From the IMG/VR virus record IMGVR_UViG_3300045988_137040: a stretch of DNA of 64,000 nt, one strand, 5' to 3'. This DNA comes from a virus. The translations under genes and the position numbers were made by a program. The notes under the pieces were generated by a model that did no database searches, was not told where the DNA came from, and worked only from the letters and a program-made list of their open reading frames with translations. Positions 8,357 through 17,268 of this stretch are shown here, piece after piece. The first letter of the stretch is position 1. Each line of letters begins with the position of its first letter.

Positions 8357-8779
8357 TTAAAAAATTCTACTTTTGCAAACACAGGTAACACGGCTACCTG
8401 CAAATCTCTTCACCACGATACGACGGGCAACAGTGCCCATCTTTTCGCTTGATACTTTGTTTTTGGCCTTCTTTGGCTGACGCACCCCCTGCCCATAGAA
8501 GAACATCTGTTTGGTGCTCTCTTTGCGCATAGGCTCCGGCATCGTCTCACGGCGCACCGCCCGACGGCTGCCCTCCAGAGAAACGCCATGCTCACCCCGA
8601 CGGATAGCACGACGCTGCTCTCTCTCACGATAGGCACGCAAACGCTCTCTATTCGCTTTGCGCTGCTCTTTCCATGCAAGGCTTTTTGATAAGCGGATAG
8701 CCTCGTTACGCTCTTTCTTTTCCTCACGCTCTACCCACTCCGTGGGCAGGATAGCGCACAGGTCTGATAATGTTGTCAT
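8357..8779 (-). CDS. hypothetical highly basic protein (140 aa)
   Basis: Start set at the ATG at 8779 (MTTLSDL...). The longer ORF would overlap the upstream gene and element R2. Rich in Arg and Lys. Confidence 0.5.
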   Translation of the reverse strand: MTTLSDLCAILPTEWVEREEKKERNEAIRLSKSLAWKEQRKANRERLRAYREREQRRAIRRGEHGVSLEGSRRAVRRETMPEPMRKESTKQMFFYGQGVRQPKKAKNKVSSEKMGTVARRIVVKRFAGSRVTCVCKSRIF

Positions 8780-8808
8780 AGTCGTAATTTTTTGAAAGTT
8801 ATACAAAA

Positions 8809-8866
8809 GTTCCGTGTGGGGAATCGAACCCCATAGCACCTTTGCAGTGCCACACCATGCACGGAA
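8809..8866 (-). ncRNA. tRNA-like element R2 (7-bp acceptor-like stem, one stem-loop, canonical T-arm, no D-arm)
   Basis: Minus strand: TTCCGTG - CAT - GGCAC/TGCAAAG/GTGCT region - TGGGG-TTCGATT-CCCCA - CACGGAA - C. Total is about 57 nt, too short for a canonical tRNA. Confidence 0.35.
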
Positions 8867-8912
8867 AGCACACCCCCACCCCGTAGGGGATAGGGTGCAT
8901 GATAGTGTTGCA

Positions 8913-9608
8913 TTAAGCAGCCTTCTTGCTGCTCTTGCGTGTGCTCTTGCGAGCGGACTTTTTAGCCTCCTTTTTTGCGCCCGTAGCAACCTCCTGCTTA
9001 GGCTGCTCTTCAACGAACATAGTCCACGTGCCATCAGCATCCTTCACGACGTGTGCCCACTGCTCCACCTTTTTGTCGGTAGATACGTTGACATAGCCCT
9101 CCTTGATAGCGGCACACGCTTTCTCCGACTTGTCAATCTTTGCGAATGTGTCCTCCACAAAGACGCTCTGCTGCAAACCACGCAGAATGTTGGTCTGATT
9201 GACAACGACGGCGTTGTCAAACTTTTTCTTGTCGGTAGCACTCACCACAGGGCAAAGGGTCTGCACTGATACACGGGTGTACTTGCCCTCCACTTTCTGC
9301 TGATAGAGCGGATATTCGTAGCCCATGAAGTTCACCATATAGGGCACACCATGTGCCATATACACCTGCCCGTCCTTCATCATGCGCCCGCTCCAAGCCG
9401 TGAAGATGTCCTTTGGCTTGTAGCTGTTCTTTGCCACGTGTACACCGAGGGACTGCATGAGTTCCAACGGGCGCACCTTCTCCTTGTCGCTGATAGCCAC
9501 GTAGCCACCGATGCCAGAGATAGCCTTGCACACCTGATTCCATGACATAGCCTTTGCAGCCATAGACTTAACACCATTGTTGATTGACTTTTTGCTTGTG
9601 ATAATCAT
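8913..9608 (-). CDS. hypothetical protein (231 aa) with a lysine-rich C-terminal tail
   Basis: First long ORF of the early-left operon. The C-terminus is KKEAKKSARKSTRKSSKKAA. Confidence 0.6.
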   Translation of the reverse strand: MIITSKKSINNGVKSMAAKAMSWNQVCKAISGIGGYVAISDKEKVRPLELMQSLGVHVAKNSYKPKDIFTAWSGRMMKDGQVYMAHGVPYMVNFMGYEYPLYQQKVEGKYTRVSVQTLCPVVSATDKKKFDNAVVVNQTNILRGLQQSVFVEDTFAKIDKSEKACAAIKEGYVNVSTDKKVEQWAHVVKDADGTWTMFVEEQPKQEVATGAKKEAKKSARKSTRKSSKKAA

Positions 9609-9641
9609 AATCGTAAATTTTGAAGTGAAATATTATTGTTA

Positions 9642-9698
9642 GCCCCTAACTCAAGGGAATTGAACCCAAGACACCCAAAGGGTGCAACCATTTAGGGA
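9642..9698 (-). ncRNA. tRNA-like element R3
   Basis: Minus strand: TCCCTAA - hairpin CACCC-TTT-GGGTG - GGG-TTCAATT-CCC - TTAGGGG - C. The closing stem is 7 bp (one G-U pair) and the T-stem is weaker than in R1 and R2. Confidence 0.25.
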
Positions 9699-10109
9699 TA
9701 GTACCTGCCCCCTGCTTATTTCCATAGTCTGTTTTTCGCTTTCCCTTTTGCACTCCGTGCTTTCCGTGTTTTCTTTTGCAAGAACTTTGCACTTATTAAG
9801 GGAGACAAAATTGCATACAAAAGCAATTTAATGCGATTACCCTTAACGTTACTCGCTGAAACATAGCTATTTATTAAGCGTTTAGCAACTTTTCTAACAC
9901 GTACTACAAAGACACTTATCCTGCATACACCGGGTTATGGTACCCTCCGGTATATTGCTTTCGGCCGGCGTAAAAACGCACCCAAACTATTAAGTAGGCT
10001 TACACTCTATTACAAGTGTAACATTGCAGGCAGTCTATCCCCCCCTCCGTGTCGTATGTAAGTAAGTCAAAGATCGCTAGCAAAACATTTTGTTTCTGTG
10101 TTACGTTTG

Positions 10110-10141
10110 CAAAGGTATAACACTTTTTGTTACCCCGCAAA
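10110..10141 (-). promoter_or_regulatory. Bacteroidota-type promoter for the early-left operon
   Basis: Minus strand reads TTTG - 20 nt - TAccTTTG, matching the Bacteroides -33/-7 consensus. No other good match lies between here and the gene at 9608. Confidence 0.55.
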
Positions 10142-10300
10142 TGTTTTTTGGGTTTTAACATGAAATTAACATAATCTTTTTTGTTCACCTTATTATATAG
10201 GGAATTAAGGGTTGTTAACAGTTGTACTGACTACTTGCATACGTACATATTTATCGCGCGCACGTACCTATTAAGCGAAAAAAGTTCATCTCTGGTTATC

Positions 10301-10349
10301 CACACACCACACCAACACCACACCAACACCACACCAACACCACACACAC
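10301..10349. repeat. 11-bp tandem repeat (CACCACACCAA), about 3.5 units
   Basis: Direct reading: caccacaccaa caccacaccaa caccacaccaa caccacacacac, in non-coding DNA. Confidence 0.8.
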
Positions 10350-10490
10350 TACCTTTGCATATTTACGGCAACCGCCTGAGAGAGAGCAGCCCCCCACCGC
10401 GTAGCGAGGCGCGCGCTGTTCTTTTCAAAAAAAAAAGAATTTGAAACATTTTTTTGCGACATGTTACAAAAAAAGAGGATTGGCAAAAAA

Positions 10491-10534
10491 ACAAAAGGCA
10501 ATCCGCAAGAAAACTGCGGATTGCCTTTTGTTTC
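10491..10534. terminator. bidirectional intrinsic terminator
   Basis: 11-bp perfect stem GGCAATCCGCA / TGCGGATTGCC with a 7-nt loop, an A-run upstream and TTTTGTTT downstream. It sits just 3' of the 10605..11153 gene. Confidence 0.7.
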
Positions 10535-10604
10535 AAAACGAATAGGAAAGTTTAAGTCCTATTCATTGACAGCGACGATTTCGCAAATGGAAACCACCAC
10601 CTTA

Positions 10605-11153
10605 TTATTTAGAGCTGCTTGAACTGCTGTTGTCAAAAGCGTTTTCGTCAGGCACAACTTCCACATTCTCCAAGAAACCGACTATAGACATAATCTCCAC
10701 ATTGATAATATCGACATCATCTTCACTGATATTACCATAGTTGTTACTTGACGGGCCACCAAAAATCATGCGTTTCTTCGTCTTACTCCAGCCCAACATG
10801 CGTTCCATGAGAGCCGTGGCGTTAAGATATTTACCTAACTGGTTGATTGGCTCTATCATGCCTGGATCATAGGTGCGTCCATGCTTATTGGTGTACATCT
10901 TGTCAGTACCAAAGTGCAATAGACAACCACGCAACTCATTGGCAAAAACATGGAGTGCATCATTGAGCTTCTGAATATTCTCAACCGTGAAGTAGCGAGG
11001 ATTGCCGTGCCGGTTCGGGCGATGGCAGAAATCAGAGAGAACTGTAGAGGGGGTACTGCCCATCAACTCCGCAATGCGAGACATCTTTATGCCATGTTCA
11101 AGAATAAACTTGTACAATGTGTCTTGAGACACTTTCATTTTTTCCTTATTCAT
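10605..11153 (-). CDS. putative HTH DNA-binding protein (182 aa)
   Basis: The N-terminal segment IKMSRIAELMGSTPSTVLSDF looks like a helix-turn-helix. The gene has its own promoter and terminator. Confidence 0.55.
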   Translation of the reverse strand: MNKEKMKVSQDTLYKFILEHGIKMSRIAELMGSTPSTVLSDFCHRPNRHGNPRYFTVENIQKLNDALHVFANELRGCLLHFGTDKMYTNKHGRTYDPGMIEPINQLGKYLNATALMERMLGWSKTKKRMIFGGPSSNNYGNISEDDVDIINVEIMSIVGFLENVEVVPDENAFDNSSSSSSK

Positions 11154-11179
11154 ATTGTTGTAGCTTTATTTTTCATTTG

Positions 11180-11211
11180 CAAATGTACAACATTTTCTTT
11201 TCACCTCCAAA
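11180..11211 (-). promoter_or_regulatory. Bacteroidota-type promoter
   Basis: Minus strand reads TTTG - 20 nt - TAcaTTTG, about 25 nt upstream of the ATG at 11153. Confidence 0.6.
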
Positions 11212-11488
11212 CAATCTCGCAAATTTTTTTCACTGACCCCCTCATTTTTAACAATTATACAATGTTTTTATTTCACCCTAATTTGTCCTATTAAAATTTA
11301 TATATCATCCATTAATTCTTTTACTATAATGTCTATTTTCTGAAAAACATAGTTCTGTTTGCTGGAAATCATAGTTGTGAATCTCCTAAGCCACTATTGT
11401 GACTTCCCGGGCGCTCCATCGTCGGAATGGTGAAAGAGTGTGAAAGGTATGGGTCAAACTTGTTTTTCAACTCCTAATTCCTCACTTC

Positions 11489-11986
11489 TCACTGCTCACT
11501 CTCCTGCTTTCCCATCACTACCCGACTTCTGAGGTTGCTGTCCTTGGGGTTGTCGAGCTCCACCAGTCCGTCCATGGCGATGAATATTTTCTTCTTCTTC
11601 CCTTTTGACTCAATGGCCTTGCGGACCCGGATGCCGCGCTCGCCGGGGAAGAGGGCGAAGGCCTCATGGGTGGGGTCAAAGTGTGACTCAGCCACCTCAC
11701 GTTTGAGGTTGTTGGCAGGCAGGAACTTCACGATGAGACGTGGCGGCAGCTCCACCATGCGTGTGGTGCCGTCTTTCTCGATACGCTTATAATGGCGTGC
11801 AGGACGCTGGCGCACGACGAAGGTGCCGAAGCTCTCCACCGTCACGCAGCGGTAGTTGCCCTCGCAGAGCATATACCGCATCTCGTCGAAGAGGGCAGGG
11901 AGCACCACCTGGCAAGTGGCGATGCTGATACCACTGCGTTTAGATACGGCCTGCGCAAGCCTGTATAGGTACTTCTTCGGTTCCAT
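11489..11986 (-). CDS. HU/IHF-family DNA-binding protein with a C-terminal extension
   Basis: VTVESFGTFVVRQRPARHYKRIEKDGTTRMVELPPRLIVKFLPANNLKREV matches the HU fold beta-arm pattern (FGtFevrer.aR.grNP.TGe.i.ip....v.Fkp...Lk). Confidence 0.75.
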   Translation of the reverse strand: MEPKKYLYRLAQAVSKRSGISIATCQVVLPALFDEMRYMLCEGNYRCVTVESFGTFVVRQRPARHYKRIEKDGTTRMVELPPRLIVKFLPANNLKREVAESHFDPTHEAFALFPGERGIRVRKAIESKGKKKKIFIAMDGLVELDNPKDSNLRSRVVMGKQESEQ

Positions 11987-12018
11987 GAGCTAATCAAGAA
12001 AAAGAGTTGTTGACGATA

Positions 12019-12846
12019 TTAATAATTGCTAATCGTGTGGGACAAATGGCGGTTCAGCTCCACATATAACATGACAGCATAGCTTGCCATGTCCTTCAAC
12101 GTGTCCATCAGACTCTCGTCTTTGACTTCCGCCTTGCCATTCTTCACAAGACTCTTCACACGCTCCATCTTATCATTAAGGCGTACAACACCGGCAGTAA
12201 CACCGAACTCCTCGAAGCTCTTGTGGAACGCATCACCGTAGTCCTTGTTCTTCTTGGCGTGAAGGTCTCTCATTTCATTGAGAACGGACTCAAAGGTGTC
12301 GGATTCGATACCTTTTGTTTTGCCATGCGAGTACTCTTTCTCTTTGTTGCTTGCCATCTCTTTCAATCCATCAGAGAGCTTGACTTCCTCGTGGGTCTTT
12401 TCATAGCCTTTGCAAAGGTTGTCAATCTTTATATGGGCTGGGGTGATACATACTCCTGCGTCCAAAGATGGCGCTGATCTAAAGACATCCTTAAAGCCTT
12501 TGAAGAACTCATCACGACCGTCAAGAGCCTCCTTGAGGATATTGCTCATGCCTTCCCTGTCAATGCCTTTGCAGTCGTCTTCCTGCACTTCCTCAAAGGT
12601 CTTTCTGAAAGTGGCATCCTTGTAGAACTGAAAGGTTTTGCCATTTCTCACAACCCATCCGAACTTAGGAACGACAACATTAAAATTACGCCCCTTAAGG
12701 TCTGCGTAGGATATATTAAGGTTGCCGGAATGGTCGTCCAGCGTACGATAGGACTTGGTAGTAGGACTGATAAAATTAGAGACTTCTTTCTGGTTGTCCC
12801 CCTTCCACTGGATAGCCTCTACTGGCGTTTTTCTCATGTACTTCAT
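12019..12846 (-). CDS. DUF1599-domain protein (nucleotide-modification-associated / MazG-like all-alpha domain) fused to an unknown N-terminal domain
   Basis: C-terminal KKNKDYGDAF...GVVRLNDKMERVKSL......ESLMDTLKDMASYAVM matches my recollection of the DUF1599 pattern. Confidence 0.6.
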   Translation of the reverse strand: MKYMRKTPVEAIQWKGDNQKEVSNFISPTTKSYRTLDDHSGNLNISYADLKGRNFNVVVPKFGWVVRNGKTFQFYKDATFRKTFEEVQEDDCKGIDREGMSNILKEALDGRDEFFKGFKDVFRSAPSLDAGVCITPAHIKIDNLCKGYEKTHEEVKLSDGLKEMASNKEKEYSHGKTKGIESDTFESVLNEMRDLHAKKNKDYGDAFHKSFEEFGVTAGVVRLNDKMERVKSLVKNGKAEVKDESLMDTLKDMASYAVMLYVELNRHLSHTISNY

Positions 12847-12897
12847 AAGCTATTATAATTATTCATGTATGTTGTATTACTCATGTATCTTCTTTCC

Positions 12898-13167
12898 TTA
12901 AACCACCAGTTCGTAATCGTCCGCCCTGATGATGCAGCAGTCACGCAGCCTTCTAGTTTGGCCGCTTTGCGTGAATTGGACGAGCCGTGAGGGATAGGCT
13001 CCTGGACAATGAGGTGGCACGTCAACGCTAAGGGTGACCACTTCCTCACCACGAATACAGTCTCCGTTGGATGCCGCCACATACCACACCCTCCAAGGCA
13101 TGCGCTCGTGGTTGGCGGTGAATCGCTCGGCAACACGCCGCAGTTCTGATAATGCAAGTTGCTTCAT
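12898..13167 (-). CDS. hypothetical protein (89 aa)
   Basis: ORF with a TAtcTTTG -7 box (plus-strand CAAAGATA at 13186-13193) about 19 nt upstream of the ATG. Confidence 0.45.
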   Translation of the reverse strand: MKQLALSELRRVAERFTANHERMPWRVWYVAASNGDCIRGEEVVTLSVDVPPHCPGAYPSRLVQFTQSGQTRRLRDCCIIRADDYELVV

Positions 13168-13262
13168 GACATGAATTTTACGTCACAAAGATAAGGCAAC
13201 ACGATAGCGATGGCAAGGGCGTTTAGTACATAATGTACGAATTAGAATGTTGTCAACGAAAA

Positions 13263-13369
13263 CGCCACTACCCCCAAAAGCTACAACAGGAGTAGTGGCG
13301 CGGACGGATATAATCTCGTTTCAACGTCGGTCGAAAACGAGGATAACGATGCAAGTCGTCTTATATCCG
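13263..13369. other. two adjacent strong secondary-structure elements in non-coding DNA
   Basis: A 9-bp perfect hairpin CGCCACTAC...GTAGTGGCG (13263-13300). Then a three-way junction (13305-13369): P1 CGGATATAA/TTATATCCG, P2 CTCGTTT/AAACGAG, P3 ACGA/TCGT. Confidence 0.4.
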
Positions 13370-14031
13370 ATAAAATTAGTGTTACTCAAGTGCAAAGGTA
13401 CGAAGATTCACAAAGAACACAAACTTTGTTTCAACTTTAATTGGCCACGCCGATATTTAAGCTTACGGATAAGAGTACATAATATGTTGTTAATCAGACG
13501 GTTAAATGGCATAAAGTATTTTGCCGTTTAAGTTGGTGGGTTCCGTTTTACTTTTTGTATATTGCTGATTTTCAACGGTTTACAAAAAAATTGCGCGGTT
13601 TTTAGTACATAGAATATATTTATTATTATTTTTTTATTTGAAATTTTAGCTTAAAATATATATTATATTATATAACTAATTGATAATCAACTTCTTTTCT
13701 TATTTTATAATACTATTCCTTTATTGATTGGGGTGCGGGGAATTTTCCGTATATGTACGATAAAAAATAATAGAGAGAGAAAGTTTCGGCAAATATGGCA
13801 TATTTCGCTAAAGTCGTGAGCAGTCGATTCGTAATTGCTTGATTTTCAAATGGTTTGAATGGAGAAAACTCGGTTCCACGGTTTTGGTTTTCTCCCACAA
13901 AGGCAGAGCCGATTTCTCGAAGCACCCCATAACCCACTGATTATCAATGCGTATTAAGCAATAAACGCGTTTAGGTGACAACTTAAAAAGATTTTAGTCC
14001 TTAAACGCACAGTCTTATCAGGTTTTTTGCG

Positions 14032-14039
14032 TATATTTG
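14032..14039 (+). promoter_or_regulatory. -7 box TAtaTTTG upstream of the 14073 gene
   Basis: Matches TAnnTTTG 34 nt upstream of the ATG. I found no clean -33 TTTG. Confidence 0.4.
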
Positions 14040-14072
14040 CACCAGACAAACAAAAGGCTACAATAACAACTG

Positions 14073-14651
14073 ATGGGACATATCTGCTGGCTACGTATCA
14101 CGGATTATATGCGAGGATGGGCTCGCATGGCTCTCGGAAACGGAAAGAGCGTGAAAGGCATTCCTGTGCTTGACATTAAGAGTCTTGACGGGATGGAACA
14201 GGTACGGCTCATGTCTACCGACGATGAGCTGCCTGGAGATGGCGTGCCTGGCAACGTGATGTGTGACACGTGGCACGCGACACTGACGGCAGGGATAGAG
14301 ATGGACCCATGGGGCATGGAACAGGAGTTCGGAATCACCAGCGAGGTTCTTGACCAGTACCTGCCGGTGGAGTGCCCAGATTATGCCGTAGGGCAGGATG
14401 GGGCAATACGTCCGTGGGATAACAACACCTGTTTCGGGAAGCAACAGGCCATAGCCATCCTACGGCTCGTCAGAGAGACTTTTTGGGCGTCAGTGGGCAA
14501 CTATGCGTCTGAATACCGGAAAGTCCATTTTGGCACCAAATACGCGCAAATAGACATGCTTGAAAGCTTTTGCAAGGATTACCACATAGACGACACGTGC
14601 ATAGAAGCCATGAGGAGAGAATGGCAGAGGAGGAGTAAAAGGGGTGGCTGA
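14073..14651 (+). CDS. hypothetical protein (192 aa)
   Basis: ATG-initiated ORF convergent with the large terminase gene. No motif recognised. Confidence 0.55.
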   Translation: MGHICWLRITDYMRGWARMALGNGKSVKGIPVLDIKSLDGMEQVRLMSTDDELPGDGVPGNVMCDTWHATLTAGIEMDPWGMEQEFGITSEVLDQYLPVECPDYAVGQDGAIRPWDNNTCFGKQQAIAILRLVRETFWASVGNYASEYRKVHFGTKYAQIDMLESFCKDYHIDDTCIEAMRREWQRRSKRGG

Positions 14652-14662
14652 CCTCTATTCCC

Positions 14663-16582
14663 TCAGCTTTGCATTACCAGGTTTTTGAATCTCCCTCTCA
14701 GTCTTCCTCCTACTTTCCTTTCTCCCTCGGCTCCCATCTTGACACCGATAACGAGATCGTCGAAGGCATCGGTGATGTCGGTACGTGTACGTGGGTCACC
14801 GGCTACGCCGTCGGCACTCTTGTATTTCTCCAGGCTTTTATCCTTTTGGAAGTTGTTGAGCACGCCTGCGTTGTTGATAGCGGTAAGGAGATACTGGCAT
14901 CGTCCGCTCTCCTTACAGATGTAAACGCTCGGGGAAGTCTGGAAGGAGAAGACATCGCAGAACAATTGCCACTTGCGTTCATGACGCCACACGCTGAACT
15001 CCCCACGTGTGACTTTCCATCCATAGCTCTCCAGCTCCAAAACCATAACGTTGTCAAAGCGACTATCTTCAGAGCCTTCTACAGCGTATGCCGTAGCTCC
15101 ACCTTGCTTGATGGTCTGCGTGTAATAGAAGATGACCTCCCCTGCCCCACCAGCCGCGCTGTTTCTTCTACGGAGGTACGGACGGTAGTAATTCGTAAAC
15201 TCTCTCACGAGGCCACGCAACCGCACCTCGCCCTGCACGAAAAACTCATTCATGACGAGAAGGCTCGGCTTACCTTGATAGTTGACAGTCTGCCCTACCA
15301 CCATGCAGCTCATGTCGTGGCCAGCGTCGATGGCGATACGTAATGGCTCGTCATAGCGCAAATCGAGGTCGCAAGAGCAATCCTCTCCCGCGCTCTGCAT
15401 GGCGTCCATGTCAAGTGTCATATATTCAACATCGGTAGGCCACCGTTGCGCGTCGAGGAAACGTCCCTTTGTCTTATGGCTGAACTTGTCGAGGATAAGA
15501 TCCGTACAGTCGGCACTCTCATAGGTGTTAAGCTCTTCGCTGAACTGGCAGTAGAAACCATCCGAAGCCTTGCCAGGCGGCTGACCGAGTATCTGCAGGC
15601 GGAACATCAGGTCTGGCAATTCTCGCTTCATGTCGCGCAGCCACGCCTCGCCACCAAGCATGGCGATGTTCTCAATGCTGCTGAACTGCCAAAAGACTTC
15701 AGACTTGGAACGTAAAAGATTGAGTTTGCGCAGGTAGTTGTCGTTACGTGACAAGGCAATGGCGGTCTTCGGGCTATGCTTCTCCAGGTATTTGAGTTCC
15801 GCGAGCATCTCGGCAATCTGTGCGTTGACGTCTTTAGTCTCATAGTCTTTTTCTTTCTCCCACTCGCATTGTTTCTGCGTCAGTCCCGCGTCGCTGACCC
15901 ATAACTGACTGCAATAGTAAGGATTGATTTTAGGGTCTGTGCCGTAGCCCCACCGCTTGACTTCTGCCTTGCGTGCCGACAACGGCATGAAATCGCCACG
16001 CAGGGTAGGCAATACCTCCTCCTTAACCCTTTGCCACGGGAGGTATTTCGTCTCGTCGCCGATAAGGAAAGCGAGGTTCAGACCGTTCGAGCTTCCCTTG
16101 ACTGCCATGGAGAGCATCTGCACGACCACGCCATTGCTGAAGTGGACACAGTTTTCCCACACTCTCGGCTTGGCAAGAGGTACGTCCCAATGGAGCTTGG
16201 CGGGTGCCTGGCCAAGAAAATAAAATCCCTCGAAGCCTAACTGGTTGACAACCTTTAGCGCGTTGGGCATGGTACGGGTGTAAAGCTGTTTAGCGCTCGC
16301 CCCAACAAAACCACCCATCTGGCGAGGCATGCCGAGGACGCATTTCATCATGTGGCAACCTATATAAGAGGTCTTGCCAAAACCACGCGCGGCGCGTACT
16401 TTCGTGTTCCTCGCGCCAAAGTTGTAGACGTCAAGCTGGCCACGATGCATGTAGATTTTATGTACGCCGTCGCCGACAATATCCACCTCGCCACCGTCTT
16501 GCCCCTGCTCCTCCATGCCGGGGAGCATACGAGCTTCAAGCTTGTCACTGCTCCTGCCTACGTTCGTCCCTACTCTCGTCAT
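14663..16582 (-). CDS. terL: terminase large subunit
   Basis: N-terminal ATPase Walker A-like AARGFGKTS, Walker B-like LIGDETKY, and a C-terminal nuclease-like acidic motif (RIAIDAGHD). The size is typical. An alternative start at 16528 is possible. Confidence 0.75.
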   Translation of the reverse strand: MTRVGTNVGRSSDKLEARMLPGMEEQGQDGGEVDIVGDGVHKIYMHRGQLDVYNFGARNTKVRAARGFGKTSYIGCHMMKCVLGMPRQMGGFVGASAKQLYTRTMPNALKVVNQLGFEGFYFLGQAPAKLHWDVPLAKPRVWENCVHFSNGVVVQMLSMAVKGSSNGLNLAFLIGDETKYLPWQRVKEEVLPTLRGDFMPLSARKAEVKRWGYGTDPKINPYYCSQLWVSDAGLTQKQCEWEKEKDYETKDVNAQIAEMLAELKYLEKHSPKTAIALSRNDNYLRKLNLLRSKSEVFWQFSSIENIAMLGGEAWLRDMKRELPDLMFRLQILGQPPGKASDGFYCQFSEELNTYESADCTDLILDKFSHKTKGRFLDAQRWPTDVEYMTLDMDAMQSAGEDCSCDLDLRYDEPLRIAIDAGHDMSCMVVGQTVNYQGKPSLLVMNEFFVQGEVRLRGLVREFTNYYRPYLRRRNSAAGGAGEVIFYYTQTIKQGGATAYAVEGSEDSRFDNVMVLELESYGWKVTRGEFSVWRHERKWQLFCDVFSFQTSPSVYICKESGRCQYLLTAINNAGVLNNFQKDKSLEKYKSADGVAGDPRTRTDITDAFDDLVIGVKMGAEGERKVGGRLRGRFKNLVMQS

Positions 16583-17240
16583 CGTTAATCACTTCACCTG
16601 GTTTATCCTTAACCTCGCCGCTACGCGCCTCCATCTTGGCAACTTCATCTTCCACCATCTTGCGCTTGTCGTCCACATAAGCACCATATTTCGCGGCAAT
16701 GCGCTTCGTCTCTTCGTCGTCATAGTTCTCCTTTGTCTCGTCCACCTCCTTGATGTTCGTGACGACCACGGACGGGAGAAAAGAAACCTTATTGATGTCA
16801 GTCTTGTTGTCCTCTGGCTTGTCGAGACCCGCCACTTCAAAGAGACGCTTGCCACCCAGGTTGAGGGCGTTCACGTTGTCAGTCTCCATGCCAATACGCA
16901 ACATCTTCTCCGCGGCGACCTGCACTTTGACCTTAGCCTCGTTACGGCTCATCGGGCTTACGGTGTCACGTATAAACTTAAAGAGCAACACGTCTTTGGT
17001 CAAAGCGTGAGTCTCGGACGGCGCGTCGGCATAGGCGTGACTGTTCTTGATAATCTGCCGAAGCAATCCTTTATAGTCTACGGAGAACGGGTTGCGCAGC
17101 CACTGCCAATAAACGTGATCCACTCTCGCCAACCGTCGTTTCTGTTCTGCACGGAGGGAAAGGTCATCGATTGGCACGCCACTTTGGAAATGGAGCAATG
17201 AGCTTTTCATGAGCTCTGCTGATAATGATGATTCGTACAT
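16545..17240 (-). CDS. putative small terminase subunit or DNA-packaging accessory protein (231 aa)
   Basis: Assigned by position only. It lies immediately upstream of terL and overlaps it. I moved the start to the ATG at 17240 because the longer ORF reads through the octamer-repeat palindrome. Confidence 0.35.
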   Translation of the reverse strand: MYESSLSAELMKSSLLHFQSGVPIDDLSLRAEQKRRLARVDHVYWQWLRNPFSVDYKGLLRQIIKNSHAYADAPSETHALTKDVLLFKFIRDTVSPMSRNEAKVKVQVAAEKMLRIGMETDNVNALNLGGKRLFEVAGLDKPEDNKTDINKVSFLPSVVVTNIKEVDETKENYDDEETKRIAAKYGAYVDDKRKMVEDEVAKMEARSGEVKDKPGEVINDDESRDERRQEQ

Positions 17241-17268
17241 GATAATTTGAAATTTTATGATTATTGTT

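Noticed and set aside
8809-8866. Canonical tRNA genes at R1, R2 and R3
   Set aside because: Only 46-57 nt lie between the paired ends. There is no D-arm, and the putative anticodon loop lacks U33. I therefore report them as tRNA-like elements only.
10000-10444. ORFs 10000..10188 (-) and 10181..10444 (+)
   Set aside because: They lie in the promoter/leader region. The second is generated by the CACCACACCAA repeat (HTPHQHHTNTTPTPH). Not credible genes.
13247-13937. ORFs 13247..13531 (+) and 13713..13937 (-) in the AT-rich gap
   Set aside because: No promoter or leader context, unusual composition, and overlap with structured or AT-rich elements. Treated as non-coding.
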